Of a stretch of 64,000 bases of DNA, positions 13,285 through 23,989 are shown one piece after another. Position numbers and translations under genes: made by a program. The stretch is from an uncultured delta proteobacterium (GTDB taxonomy: Bacteria; Desulfobacterota; Desulfobacteria; Desulfobacterales; SG8-13): NCBI GenBank assembly GCA_963848135.1, contig CAWKCK010000003.1:434001-498000 (forward strand). Reading direction: 5' to 3'. Each line of letters opens with the position of its first letter. The stretch's first letter is position 1. The notes under the pieces were generated by a model, which was not told the origin of the DNA, did no database searches, and saw only the letters and a list, made by a program, of their open reading frames with translations.

Positions 13285-15810
13285 ATGAGTAAACCGACCG
13301 TTCAAGATATCTTGTCAACTATCGAACAACCTAGCCGTTACTTGGGAACGGAGACAAATGTCGTGCGAAAAGACCACACCCAGGTCGAACTGAGTGTGGC
13401 GCTCGCATTTCCGGATCTCTATGACATCGGCACTTCTCATTTCGGGATGCAGATTCTTTATCATTTACTCAACCAGCGACCAGATACAGTCGCTGAAAGG
13501 GTTTTCGCTCCGGGTCTTGATTTTCAGGACACCCTCAAGGCCCTGGGAAGACCACTGACGACTTTAGAATCAGGGCGACCCTTGAAAGATTTCGATATCA
13601 TCGGATTCAGCCTTCTCTATGAACTTAACTATACCAACCTCTTGAGCATGCTCGATTTGGCCCGCATTTCTTTCTTAAGCAGCCAACGGGATGAAAATGA
13701 TCCATTGGTTATCGCCGGCGGTCCTTGTACAAGCAACCCAGAGCCGGTGGCCGACATTTTCGACGCCATGGTCATCGGAGACGGTGAGGCGGTCGTTGGA
13801 GAAATGGTGGATTTGTGGAAACTCTGGCGCAAGGATCAACAGAAAAAAAAACCGGCATTGTTGGAAATGTGGTCAGAAATAGAAGGTGTCTATATCCCGT
13901 CCTTTTTTACGCCGGTTTTCGATAATTTTGGGAAACAACACCTGCAACCGAAACATTCACACTACACGCGGATCAAGCGGGCTGTGGTCCAGGATTTAGA
14001 TCTGGTCGACTTTCCAGAGAACCCGATCGTTCCTTTCGGCAGACCCGTGCATGACCGCCTGCGTCTTGAGGTGGCCCGGGGATGCACCCGTGGTTGTCGT
14101 TTCTGTCAGGCAGGGATGATCTACCGGCCGGTTCGCGAGCGCTCGCCGACCAATCTGTTGAAACTGGCTGATCGATCCTTGAATCATACCGGCTATGAAG
14201 ATCTTTCTTTGTTGTCTTTGAGTACCGGGGACTATGGTTGCATCGAAGGGCTTATGCAGGTGCTCATGGACCGTTGTACCGCGGATCATGTTGCCGTTTC
14301 TCTGCCGTCGTTACGTGCCGGAACATTGACTCCCGAATTGATGACGATGATCAAGGCGGTTCGCAAAACCGGATTTACAATCGCACCAGAAGCCGGGAGC
14401 CAGCGTTTACGAAACGTGATCAACAAAAACATCAACGAAAAAGAGATCCTGGAAACGGTTGAAGATGCATTTGCATTGGGTTGGCAGGTCATTAAACTAT
14501 ATTTTATGATCGGTCTGCCCACAGAGACGGAGGAAGATCTACTTGCCATTTTCAATCTCGTACAGCTGTTGCGAAAAATAAAAACACCGGACCGGCGCAA
14601 AGGTCAAATAAATGTGAGTGTGGCAACTTTTATCCCCAAACCGCACACACCCTTTCAATGGGCTGGTCAAAATCCCCTGGCTGTGGCGAAACAGAAAATA
14701 CGACGATTGCAAGACAAGCTGAGAGTCCCGGGAATACGTTTTAAGTGGCAACCACCAGAAGTCAGCCAGATAGAAGGACTGTGGGCGAGAGGGGACCGGA
14801 AATTGGGGCGGCTGCTCATCAAGGCTTATCGTCTGGGCTGTCGGTTTGATGGATGGAGCGATCATTTTAACCACGCTCTCTGGAAAGAAGCGTGTCTGGC
14901 TGAAGATGTGAATATCGAATCCTATACCGAACACCAACGCGACCTTTCGGAACGATTACCATGGGACCACATTGATACAGGGGTAAGCAAAGAATACTTA
15001 CAAAATGAATGGCGCAAGGCACGTTCTGGCGGATTAACCGAAGATTGCCGTTTCGGGACGTGCAATCAATGCGGTATATGTGATTTCGAAAGGATTGCAC
15101 CGGTACTGTATTCCCGATGTGACGCCGACTTGCCGGAAAGAACGCCAACGCCCGGGGCCAATCCACTGACATTTCGAAAGTTTCTGGTAACCTTTTCTAA
15201 AACAGGTCCTGCAAGGTTTCTTGGGCATCTTGAGATGTCCAATGTTTTTGCCCGTGCATTTCGCCGGTCTGGTGTTCGGCTGAAATACTCTCAAGGTTAT
15301 CATCCCAAACCCAAATTGGTTTTTATGGACGCCTTGCCGGTCGGCATGGAAAGCCATCAGGAGTATCTTGTCATCAACGCTTCTGGAGAGGCGACCCCGG
15401 AGGAAATTGTATCTCGTCTCAACACGAGCCTGCCCGAGGGGCTGCGGATCCTTGACTGCTGCGGCCAAAGTTCGGGCACAGACAAGGCCGAAGCCTTTAT
15501 CTCCACCTACCGGGTTGTTTCAGATAAACAGATCTTCGGCGAGAAACAGATTGGCGATAGTTTGAAAAAATCCGATTGGAGCATAAAGAGAACGAACCGG
15601 AAAGGCAAAACCCGGCAAATCGATTTGAAACAGGCTCTTTTGGAACTTGAGTGGGTATCGGTTTCAGAATTGCAGGTTACCCTCCGAACGACACCTGGCC
15701 ATGTTGTTCGTCCGGGAGAGGTTGTTGCCTACGTGTTCGATTTACCTCCGGATGACCTCAGACGTCTTCGGGTCATTAAAACGGCGAACCGGATCGTTAT
15801 TGTTGCATGA
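13285..15810 (+). CDS. TIGR03960-type radical SAM protein fused to C-terminal DUF2344 (TIGR03936-like) domain
   Basis: PSRYLG, AFPDLYDIG, RGCTRGCRFC, FTIAPEAGSQRLR, FIPKPHTPFQW; C-terminal FSKTGPARFLGHLE...YSQGYHPKP. Confidence 0.88.
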   Translation: MSKPTVQDILSTIEQPSRYLGTETNVVRKDHTQVELSVALAFPDLYDIGTSHFGMQILYHLLNQRPDTVAERVFAPGLDFQDTLKALGRPLTTLESGRPLKDFDIIGFSLLYELNYTNLLSMLDLARISFLSSQRDENDPLVIAGGPCTSNPEPVADIFDAMVIGDGEAVVGEMVDLWKLWRKDQQKKKPALLEMWSEIEGVYIPSFFTPVFDNFGKQHLQPKHSHYTRIKRAVVQDLDLVDFPENPIVPFGRPVHDRLRLEVARGCTRGCRFCQAGMIYRPVRERSPTNLLKLADRSLNHTGYEDLSLLSLSTGDYGCIEGLMQVLMDRCTADHVAVSLPSLRAGTLTPELMTMIKAVRKTGFTIAPEAGSQRLRNVINKNINEKEILETVEDAFALGWQVIKLYFMIGLPTETEEDLLAIFNLVQLLRKIKTPDRRKGQINVSVATFIPKPHTPFQWAGQNPLAVAKQKIRRLQDKLRVPGIRFKWQPPEVSQIEGLWARGDRKLGRLLIKAYRLGCRFDGWSDHFNHALWKEACLAEDVNIESYTEHQRDLSERLPWDHIDTGVSKEYLQNEWRKARSGGLTEDCRFGTCNQCGICDFERIAPVLYSRCDADLPERTPTPGANPLTFRKFLVTFSKTGPARFLGHLEMSNVFARAFRRSGVRLKYSQGYHPKPKLVFMDALPVGMESHQEYLVINASGEATPEEIVSRLNTSLPEGLRILDCCGQSSGTDKAEAFISTYRVVSDKQIFGEKQIGDSLKKSDWSIKRTNRKGKTRQIDLKQALLELEWVSVSELQVTLRTTPGHVVRPGEVVAYVFDLPPDDLRRLRVIKTANRIVIVA

Positions 15811-15988
15811 TCCGATGGGATTACATTTCAACGGTTGAATAGAGACTGTAAAATCTTCTTGTTAAATACGTGATTCTATGGCACCAAAGCGGGGATGTTT
15901 CCTTGGCTGACACCCACTTAAAACCACAGAAACCAAACCGGGTCGCTTCATCCCGGTGAGTTGAAAAAAATTGCGCGACTTAGAGCCT

Positions 15989-17542
15989 ATGCATCGCAAA
16001 CTGGTCATCAACGACGCCCTCCATGAGACCCGTGTGGCACTTCTGGAAGATGGAAACATCGTCGAGCTTTTCATCGAGCGTGATGATGATTCGGATATCG
16101 CCGGTAATATTTACAAAGGCAAAGTCCAGCGGGTACTACCTGGGATACAAGCCGCCTTTGTCGATATCGGCCTGAATCAGGCGGCCTTCATATACGTTGA
16201 TGATGTCCTGAGCGATCGTATTGACGATATAGAGCCGTACAATAACCCTGATAATGACGACGAAGGGCTGGATAATCGTTTGGAGACCATTGATGACGCA
16301 ACATCCGCCACGGATTTGAAAGGTGACCCCATTGTCCCTATTGAGGACCTCATTGCCGAGGGGCAGGAAATAATGGTCCAGGTGGCAAAGTCCCCCATCG
16401 GTACGAAAGGTGCCAGGGTCACTTCGTACATTTCACTGCCGGGTCGATTTCTGGTGTTGATGCCGACGTCCACCCACATTGGTATATCGCGGCGAATAGA
16501 GGATGCTGACGAGAGAAACCGCCTTAAGGACATCGTTCAGTATTTGAGACGCGAGCCCTTTGGTTATATTGTCAGAACCGCAGCAGAAGGAATGCCGGAA
16601 GAGAAAATTGCCGCCGAAATGACATTTTTAAGTAACCTGTGGGCCAATATCAAAGATAAAAACAGAACTGGAGCGGCGCCGTCCCTACTGCACCAGGAGT
16701 TGAGCCTAAGCTTGCGGGCTGTCAGGGATTTGATGATCAACGAAGCTGAAAGTATGGTGATCGACTCCAAGGACGGCCATGAAAAGATCCTGGGTTTTCT
16801 CGATACATACATGCCACGGCTCAAAGAAAATGTTGGGTTTCACCAAGACGCTGAACCGATTTTTGATGCTTATAATCTTGAGGGTGACATTTCCCGTGCG
16901 CTGAAGAAAAAAGTTTGGCTCAAATCCGGCGGATACGTTGTCATCGAACACACCGAAGCCCTTGTGGCCATTGACGTCAATACCGGCCGGTACGTGGGGA
17001 AACACAACCTTGAGGAAACCATTCTGAAAACCAATCTGGAAGCCGTCAGGGAAATCGCCTATCAGATGCGACTGCGGGATATTGGTGGGATTATCATCAT
17101 TGATTTCATAGACATGCAAAAAAAAACGAATCAGGAAAAAGTTTTTCATGAACTGAAGGAGGCTTGCAACAAGGACCGTAGCAAAACCCATATTCTGCCG
17201 ATATCAGAGCTCGGACTCATTCAAATGACACGCAAGCGGAACAAGAAACCCCTGAGCCGGATGCTCTGTGAACCCTGTCATTATTGTGAAGGGGAGGGAT
17301 ATCTAATCTCCAAGCAGTCAATTTGCTACAATATCTATCGCGAGCTGTTGCGCGACATTAGGGATTCAAACAGCACACGGTTGACTCTGAAAGTCAATCC
17401 GCAAATTGCAGAACTTTTGCATGGGGAAGAAAATCGCCTGATCAATAAAATCGAAAGCACCTCCGGGAAACAGATCGTTATCTACCCCAATCCTAATTTT
17501 CATATCGAGGAATTCGAGATTTTCGATACCCTCCAGAAATAA
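15989..17542 (+). CDS. rng: Ribonuclease G/E family (Rne/Rng)
   Basis: GNIYKGKVQRVLPG S1 domain, KGARVT, IDVNTG, RLRDIGGIIIIDFIDM, CHYCEG. Confidence 0.93.
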   Translation: MHRKLVINDALHETRVALLEDGNIVELFIERDDDSDIAGNIYKGKVQRVLPGIQAAFVDIGLNQAAFIYVDDVLSDRIDDIEPYNNPDNDDEGLDNRLETIDDATSATDLKGDPIVPIEDLIAEGQEIMVQVAKSPIGTKGARVTSYISLPGRFLVLMPTSTHIGISRRIEDADERNRLKDIVQYLRREPFGYIVRTAAEGMPEEKIAAEMTFLSNLWANIKDKNRTGAAPSLLHQELSLSLRAVRDLMINEAESMVIDSKDGHEKILGFLDTYMPRLKENVGFHQDAEPIFDAYNLEGDISRALKKKVWLKSGGYVVIEHTEALVAIDVNTGRYVGKHNLEETILKTNLEAVREIAYQMRLRDIGGIIIIDFIDMQKKTNQEKVFHELKEACNKDRSKTHILPISELGLIQMTRKRNKKPLSRMLCEPCHYCEGEGYLISKQSICYNIYRELLRDIRDSNSTRLTLKVNPQIAELLHGEENRLINKIESTSGKQIVIYPNPNFHIEEFEIFDTLQK

Positions 17543-17611
17543 GTCCCTCCCCCATTCACCGTATTGTCTCACGTTAGCCGGCGTTCATTCAAAGGCATAG
17601 AACCTTTCAGC

Positions 17612-17640
17612 TTGACATACTTTAATGCCTGTGATTTATT
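17612..17640 (+). promoter_or_regulatory. Possible sigma70 promoter for the rpmH operon
   Basis: TTGACA at 17612, 17 bp spacer, TG-a-TTTATT as a weak -10. Confidence 0.3.
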
Positions 17641-17742
17641 TCCGCGGTTATAGATTTAAATAAAACATTCATCAAGGTTTTCGGCTGATAAGATCATTGT
17701 CAATTTACCGATAACCGGTTGATTTGATAAAGGAGAATTGCA

Positions 17743-17877
17743 ATGAAGAGAACGTTTCAACCCAGTGTCCTTAAGCGCGCCAGAAAGCACGGGTTCTTAA
17801 AGCGGATGGCAACAAAAAGTGGACGTCAGGTCATTAACCGTCGTCGGGCCAAGGGCCGTAAGCGTCTGGCTGTTTAG
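17743..17877 (+). CDS. rpmH: 50S ribosomal protein L34
   Basis: Below the ORF-track cutoff. [44 protein letters not shown] with AAGGAG RBS. Confidence 0.97.
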   Translation: MKRTFQPSVLKRARKHGFLKRMATKSGRQVINRRRAKGRKRLAV

Positions 17878-17973
17878 TTGCGATGACGGTCGATGAACGG
17901 CATGATGTGGACAGGTCGATCGTGTGCCAAGGTTGACTCACTATATATAATAACTACAGAGGTTTAATGTCTT

Positions 17974-18333
17974 TTGGGCGAGTATTCGTTTCCGAAGGCT
18001 GACAGAATATTAAAACGCCCAGAGTTCTTAACTCTGGCAAAGACCGGAAAGAAAATTCAGAACAGGCACTTCATCCTTTTTTTTAAACGGTCCCAATTGG
18101 ACCGGTCGAGGATCGGAATTACGGTAAGTCGGAAAGTCGGTAAAGCGGTAGGGCGAAATAGAATAAAGCGTCTGACGCGAGAGTACTTTCGCCTCAACCG
18201 GCACGAATTAAACGGTTTTTGGGATATTAACATCATTGCCAAAAAAAGCGCGACAAATCTTGCCAACAATGAGGTATTCACTTCCTTGTCCCAAATATTC
18301 GAACGCATTCACCGGTATGCTGATCACATGTAA
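17974..18333 (+). CDS. rnpA: Ribonuclease P protein component
   Basis: [21 protein letters not shown] motif; follows rpmH. Confidence 0.95.
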   Translation: MGEYSFPKADRILKRPEFLTLAKTGKKIQNRHFILFFKRSQLDRSRIGITVSRKVGKAVGRNRIKRLTREYFRLNRHELNGFWDINIIAKKSATNLANNEVFTSLSQIFERIHRYADHM

Positions 18334-18550
18334 AAATTTTCCAAAACATGCGGTGATGCTGCTGATTCGCGGTTACCGATTAATTTTATCACCTTTTCTG
18401 GGCCCTGCCTGTAGATTCTACCCGAGCTGTTCAGAATATGCATACGTGGCCATTTCCCGTTATGGTCTGTTTAAGGGCGTATACTTGGCCGTCCGGCGCC
18501 TTATGCGATGCCACCCGTTTCATCCCGGCGGTGTGGATCCTGTGCCGTGA
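18317..18550 (+). CDS. yidD: Membrane protein insertion efficiency factor
   Basis: [10 protein letters not shown]...[14 protein letters not shown]; lies between rnpA and yidC. Confidence 0.93.
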   Translation: MLITCKNFPKHAVMLLIRGYRLILSPFLGPACRFYPSCSEYAYVAISRYGLFKGVYLAVRRLMRCHPFHPGGVDPVP

Positions 18551-18791
18551 GAAACATTCGCAAGCTGACAATTGCGTTTCTGCAGTTGGTCGCATAACCC
18601 GTAAACCGACCGTTCATGTCAGCCTTCTTTCCAGAGTTTATACCACCATTGAGAATTTGAACCATTTTCCACGAGCAGCCCCTGGTCGTTTCGCTAAACC
18701 ATCATGGCGGCGAGCTGAAACCCGGGAACAGGGAAATAATATGACCGTAAAAATCATCATCGCCTTACCGGGGCCTTATTAGGAGATTTCA

Positions 18792-20462
18792 ATGGATCAC
18801 ATGCGTGTTATTCTGGCCATTGCCTTGTCTTTCCTTGTCTTTATCGTCTGGCAATTTTTCTTTGCACCCGAGGTGCCCGTTCAAAGACCCGCTGAAAAGA
18901 CCACCGTTTCGGACCAGGCCAAGGAAGCCGATACAACCGTTGCCACCGAAAAGCCGTATGCAAAAGGTGCCGAACCTGCTGAGCCCGTCAGATCACAACC
19001 GATATCCGTTCCACAGGTTACTGGAAGGACGATTACGGTCGACACGCCGTTTTACCTTGTCGAACTTACGGAAGGAAATGCGGCTGTTAAGAGTTTTGTT
19101 TTAAAAAAATATCGAGAATATGTCGCAAAAGACTCTCCGTTAAAGCAGATGATATCGCCCGAGATTACCGAGGGAACCGTTCTTTTGACATTTGCTCAAA
19201 ACAGTATCCCGCAGTTTAGTGATTCTGTATTTACGGCCCAAAACGCAGAGACCGCCATTGATGTTACTGACGAAGCGGTTGATTTGACATTTTCAATGAC
19301 AACGGCACAAGGCGTGGTCATTGAAAAAACCTATCGCTTTGATCCGAAATCTTATCTTGTTGGATTGACGGTCGATATCAAGAACGGATCGAGTGAGCCG
19401 ATTAAGGATCAATTGGCGGTTACCTTGAACAAGATCGTCAGGAAGGCAAAGCAGGCTTACGGATTCGAGGGTCCTGCCACTTACCTAAACGACGATTTGG
19501 AGCAAATAGATATTGGCGACATCGAAGATAAGGATCGCTATGGTGGCGTAATCGACTGGGTTGCCGTACAAAGCCGGTATTTCATTTCAAGTATAATCCC
19601 GGAAACACCAACCGAAGCGACTTTCCAATTGGCTCAAAAACCTGGAGATGTTATAACCGCAACCTACATCCTGCCTGAAACCAACATTAAACCCGGTACC
19701 CAACAGAGTTTCCAGTTTAAAATATTCCAGGGACCGATGAGTTCGCGCCTTCTGAACAGTTATGGGTATAATCTGGGTAAGGCTCTTAATTTCGGTATGT
19801 TCGATTTTCTAGCAAAACCCTGTTTGTGGTTGATGAATTTTATTTACAACAATTTGATACCCAATTACGGCATCGCCATCATTATAATCACACTGCTCAC
19901 CAAGGTACTCCTCTGGCCGTTAGGTACAAAAAGCTACAAATCGATGGGCGCAATGAAAAAACTGGCACCGCTCATCAAAGAGATCAAGGAAAAATACGGT
20001 GACGACCGTAAACGGGTGAATGAAGAAACGATGGCACTCTACCGGACATACAAAATCAATCCTTTGGGCGGATGCTTGCCCATGGTGGTTCAGATACCCG
20101 TGTTTTTCGCTTTATATCGCATGCTCTACGAGGCCATCGAACTCCGACATGCCCCGTTTTTTTTATGGATAAACGATTTGTCGGCACCGGATCGCCTTTT
20201 TCATTTTGGTTTCTCAATCCCTTTCATGGATCCCCCTTACGGTATACCCGTCCTCACTTTAGTCATGGGTGCAACCATGTTTCTACAACAGAGAATGTCA
20301 CCACCGATGGGAGATGCGGCCCAGGCCAAAATGATGATGTTGCTGCCGATTGTTTTCACTTTTATATTCATCAATTTTTCATCCGGGCTTGTCTTGTACT
20401 GGCTCGTGAATAATATTGTTTCTATTGGACAGCAATATTATATCACGAAAAAGAATGCTTAG
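18792..20462 (+). CDS. yidC: Membrane protein insertase
   Basis: NYGIAII, NPLGGCLPMVVQIPVFFALY, WINDLSAPD, GLVLYW. Confidence 0.96.
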   Translation: MDHMRVILAIALSFLVFIVWQFFFAPEVPVQRPAEKTTVSDQAKEADTTVATEKPYAKGAEPAEPVRSQPISVPQVTGRTITVDTPFYLVELTEGNAAVKSFVLKKYREYVAKDSPLKQMISPEITEGTVLLTFAQNSIPQFSDSVFTAQNAETAIDVTDEAVDLTFSMTTAQGVVIEKTYRFDPKSYLVGLTVDIKNGSSEPIKDQLAVTLNKIVRKAKQAYGFEGPATYLNDDLEQIDIGDIEDKDRYGGVIDWVAVQSRYFISSIIPETPTEATFQLAQKPGDVITATYILPETNIKPGTQQSFQFKIFQGPMSSRLLNSYGYNLGKALNFGMFDFLAKPCLWLMNFIYNNLIPNYGIAIIIITLLTKVLLWPLGTKSYKSMGAMKKLAPLIKEIKEKYGDDRKRVNEETMALYRTYKINPLGGCLPMVVQIPVFFALYRMLYEAIELRHAPFFLWINDLSAPDRLFHFGFSIPFMDPPYGIPVLTLVMGATMFLQQRMSPPMGDAAQAKMMMLLPIVFTFIFINFSSGLVLYWLVNNIVSIGQQYYITKKNA

Positions 20463-20477
20463 CCTTGGAGGATCTTC

Positions 20478-21278
20478 ATGGCGTTTATATTGGAGCTTGA
20501 AGCGAAAAATGTGGAACAGGCCTTACAATTGGCGTGCGAAAAACTCGAGATACCCCGCGAAGAACTCAGTTACGATGTCATTTCCCACGGATCGAGCGGT
20601 ATATTCGGTCTCGGTCGGAGCAAAAAAGCCAAAATTCGTGTAGTACTGCCAGAGGAACATGACGAGGCTCTTCCGCCCGAAACCAACAGCACCACGTTGC
20701 CCAACGCAGGAGAGGGCGACGCGGATGATATCAAAGAGCATATACAGGATCTGATTCACGAAACATTTAACAAGAGTGATTCTTCCGATACGACCGTAAA
20801 GGAAGCCGATGTCGATCTCGGGGAAAATGTTCTTCAACGAATCGTCGATGCGATTACATCCGATGCCAAAATATCATTAAAGCAGGATTCAGAGGGAATC
20901 CATTTTTATGTCAAAGGGGGAAACTCTGCGATACTGATCGGTAGACACGGCCAAACCCTTGAGGCCATGCAATCGATCGTGGAAAAGGTCATCAACAAGA
21001 ACAATACGGATAGACTCCGTGTGCAAGTTGATGTTGAAGGTTATCTGGAAAACCGAAAAAATAACATAATCAGGCATGCCGAGCGAATGGCTCAAAAGTG
21101 CAAAAATAACCGTCGCCCGGTTACCGTTGGAAATATGAATGCCCACGATCGGCGAATCGTCCATATCGCGCTGCGGGGCGACAATGACGTCAGAACTCAC
21201 AGCTCGGGAGACGGGTACTTGCGAAAACTTGTCATATTTCCGCGGAAAAATTCCTTTTCAAAACGGCGCCAATCTTAA
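20478..21278 (+). CDS. jag: Jag/KhpB/EloR RNA-binding protein (Jag_N-KH-R3H)
   Basis: LIGRHGQTLEAMQ KH motif and MNAHDRRIVH R3H motif; follows yidC. Confidence 0.92.
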   Translation: MAFILELEAKNVEQALQLACEKLEIPREELSYDVISHGSSGIFGLGRSKKAKIRVVLPEEHDEALPPETNSTTLPNAGEGDADDIKEHIQDLIHETFNKSDSSDTTVKEADVDLGENVLQRIVDAITSDAKISLKQDSEGIHFYVKGGNSAILIGRHGQTLEAMQSIVEKVINKNNTDRLRVQVDVEGYLENRKNNIIRHAERMAQKCKNNRRPVTVGNMNAHDRRIVHIALRGDNDVRTHSSGDGYLRKLVIFPRKNSFSKRRQS

Positions 21279-21334
21279 CATGGAAGACCTGATTTATCTA
21301 TGTAGGAGCGGTCGTTCTAATTAAACGCTAAGGG

Positions 21335-22747
21335 ATGGATACCCCGACTATTGTTGCAATCGCCAGCCCACCGGGTAGCGGGGGAATCGGTATCATCAAG
21401 ATTTCCGGTCCCGATGCCATCAAGATCGCTACGCACACCTTCCGGCAGGGAAAAAGCACCAGTAGTGAGGATTTCTGCAGCAAGCGACAGTGTCCACCCA
21501 AATTCCAGTCCCACCGCCTCTATTTCGGGTATATAGTCGATCCCCATAAATGTGTCGTCCTTGACGAGGTTATTTTGATCGTGATGCGGGCACCACGATC
21601 ATATACATGCGAAGATGTCGTTGAAATACAGGCCCATGCAGGCCCTGCTGTCATGCGCAACATCCTGTCTCTCGTCATCCGGCAGGGTGCCCGAATGGCC
21701 GAACCCGGCGAATTTACCCGGCGCGCTTTATTAAATGGCCGCATTGATTTAACCCAGGCCGAAGCCGTTATTGATCTTATCAACGCAAGAACCGATACTG
21801 CGTTCAGAGCTGCGGCCAACCAGGTGACAGGACGACTGAAGAAAGTGATTGAAGGCGCTCGGGCCTGCCTTACCGATATACTTGTGCAAATCGAGGCTGG
21901 AATTGATTTTCCCGAAGATTTGGCAGGCATAGATACAGTCACAAGTATGGCGAAGCTTCTCCAAAAAAAGGTTGCCGAACCGATCTATAAACTTATCCGC
22001 AGCTACCAAGAAGCACATATCTACCGTGATGGGATTGAACTGGCGATTGTCGGACGGCCCAATGTCGGCAAATCGAGCCTCTTGAACTGCTTGATTGAAA
22101 AGGATAGAGCGATTGTCAACCCGCTTCCAGGAACAACCCGCGATCTCGTCGACGGCCCGTTTCAATTACAGGGTATACCCGTGAACGTTACCGATACCGC
22201 CGGAATTCATTCCACTGCAGATCCTGTGGAACAGATTGGTATCACCAAAACCCGCGAATGTATCGTAGAATCCGACCTGGTTCTCCTGGTTCTTGACGCC
22301 TCGGAAACCGCCACAGATTCCGACAATCAAGTTTATGAGACTTGTCGCGAAAAACCCGTAATTTACGTCATCAACAAAATAGATCTGGCACCCGATACAA
22401 CGCCCCTGCCGCCCGCGCGCTGGAAATCCGCTAACAGAGTACCGATATCAGCCCTGCACAGTATCGGAATCGATCGGTTGAAGTCGACCATCTTATCGAT
22501 GGTTGTGGATGATCCCCAATGCGCTGTGTCCCATTCCGTTATCCCTAACTTGCGGCATCATGAAGCGCTTGAAGAATGTTATCATAACCTTCAAAGATCA
22601 GCGAGGGGGTTGCAAAATCACACACCGCCTGAACTCATAGCGATCGATATCCGTGAGGCTTTGGATAGGCTCGACGTTATTCTCGGAACCCGTGTCGATC
22701 AAGATATACTCGATAGAATTTTCAACCGGTTTTGCATCGGCAAATAA
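21335..22747 (+). CDS. mnmE: tRNA modification GTPase
   Basis: TIVAIASPPGSGGIG, SYTCEDVVE, GRPNVGKSS, GTTRD, DTAG, NKID, C-terminal FCIGK. Confidence 0.96.
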   Translation: MDTPTIVAIASPPGSGGIGIIKISGPDAIKIATHTFRQGKSTSSEDFCSKRQCPPKFQSHRLYFGYIVDPHKCVVLDEVILIVMRAPRSYTCEDVVEIQAHAGPAVMRNILSLVIRQGARMAEPGEFTRRALLNGRIDLTQAEAVIDLINARTDTAFRAAANQVTGRLKKVIEGARACLTDILVQIEAGIDFPEDLAGIDTVTSMAKLLQKKVAEPIYKLIRSYQEAHIYRDGIELAIVGRPNVGKSSLLNCLIEKDRAIVNPLPGTTRDLVDGPFQLQGIPVNVTDTAGIHSTADPVEQIGITKTRECIVESDLVLLVLDASETATDSDNQVYETCREKPVIYVINKIDLAPDTTPLPPARWKSANRVPISALHSIGIDRLKSTILSMVVDDPQCAVSHSVIPNLRHHEALEECYHNLQRSARGLQNHTPPELIAIDIREALDRLDVILGTRVDQDILDRIFNRFCIGK

Positions 22748-22751
22748 TCAT

Positions 22752-22767
22752 TGTTCCACGTGAAACA
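22752..22767. promoter_or_regulatory. parS centromere-like ParB-binding site
   Basis: TGTTCCACGTGAAACA matches consensus TGTTNCACGTGAAACA exactly; intergenic, right after mnmE. Confidence 0.92.
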
Positions 22768-22936
22768 ATTGCCGTGATATGCGGAGGCTTACGCAGTGTA
22801 CCATCGCTAAATTGTTACCCTATCCTTACAATAACACATGTGGATGTGCATCCTTATTTAGAAAAAACAATCGTGGGGCATATTAGATTGAGTCGCTGGA
22901 TGCCGGCCAACTAACATTAATCAAAGGAGAATTTCG

Positions 22937-23611
22937 ATGGATTTTGACCTTGCGCCATATTTTAGGCGTTACGAGGCATTGGTGAAACTGGCTGACCAAG
23001 CATTTGAGCGGGTGGCCAAGGATTATCCCCAATGCATCAGTTGCCAGATCGGTTGTGCGGATTGCTGCCATGCGCTTTTTGACCTGACCTTGATCGAAGC
23101 CCTATACATCAATGACAAGTTTAAGGAGACGTTTCAGGGGCCAGAGAGAGAGGCGTTACTCGAAAAAGCGAATCGCACTGATCGTCAGGTTGCCCAGATC
23201 AAGCGCCAGGCTGTCGATGACCTGCAGAAAGGTATTGAGGAGAAGAATATTTTGGCGGAGCTTGCCAGGAAGAGGGTAAGATGCCCGCTTCTCAATGAAC
23301 AGAATTCTTGCGATTTATACGGTTACCGCCCGCTAACCTGCCGGTTCTACGGTATCCCGACCGCAATTGGTGGCGCGGGCCACACCTGCGGTATTTCGCA
23401 ATTTGAAAAGGGAAAACAATATCCGACTGTCAACTTGGATCTCGTCCATCAAAAGTTGCAGCAAATCAGTGCCGAGCTTGTAAGGGATATGGCCTCTAAA
23501 CATATAAAATTAGCCGATATTCTTGTTCCATTGTCCATGGCGCTGCTGACCCTATACGACGAGGATTATCTGGGAATCGATTGCGGCGAGATTCGCAACA
23601 CTTCCGTTTAG
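22937..23611 (+). CDS. YkgJ/CxxCxxCC family cysteine-cluster protein
   Basis: CQIGCADCC...CPLL...CDLYGYRPLTCR, with AAGGAG RBS. Confidence 0.85.
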   Translation: MDFDLAPYFRRYEALVKLADQAFERVAKDYPQCISCQIGCADCCHALFDLTLIEALYINDKFKETFQGPEREALLEKANRTDRQVAQIKRQAVDDLQKGIEEKNILAELARKRVRCPLLNEQNSCDLYGYRPLTCRFYGIPTAIGGAGHTCGISQFEKGKQYPTVNLDLVHQKLQQISAELVRDMASKHIKLADILVPLSMALLTLYDEDYLGIDCGEIRNTSV

Positions 23612-23641
23612 GTCGGACTAAACGGCCGGGAGGAGATTAGC

Positions 23642-23989
23642 ATGTCTGAGTTTACACCGGAAGAAGCCGAACAGCGCAAAAAGTCAGTCTTCGACGCCAT
23701 GTCACATCGCAGGCAGCAGCATATCCTGAAAAAAGGATACGAAAAATGGGATCCGTTTCAAGAACCGAAAGACCCGATCGAGATCCGCAAGGATAAGTCG
23801 AAGCGCACCACTCATATGCTGGTTCGTGAATTCCTGCAGTCTCGGCCCGGTGTGCCTTGCAGCAATACCTACTCAAGGGGCGTGCTGGAAGTTGCAATGG
23901 GAATTGTAAACGAGGACGAGCGATTCATGGCAATTTATGACTTTTCCTGCTGGTATCAGGAGTTACTGCGCAAAGAGGGTGTTAAGTGA
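23642..23989 (+). CDS. Hypothetical protein
   Basis: 115 aa, GGAGGAG RBS, likely co-transcribed with the YkgJ-family gene. Confidence 0.75.
   Translation: MSEFTPEEAEQRKKSVFDAMSHRRQQHILKKGYEKWDPFQEPKDPIEIRKDKSKRTTHMLVREFLQSRPGVPCSNTYSRGVLEVAMGIVNEDERFMAIYDFSCWYQELLRKEGVK

Noticed and set aside
22732..22914. 60 aa ORF containing IVPRET
   Set aside because: VPRET is simply the translation of the parS palindrome
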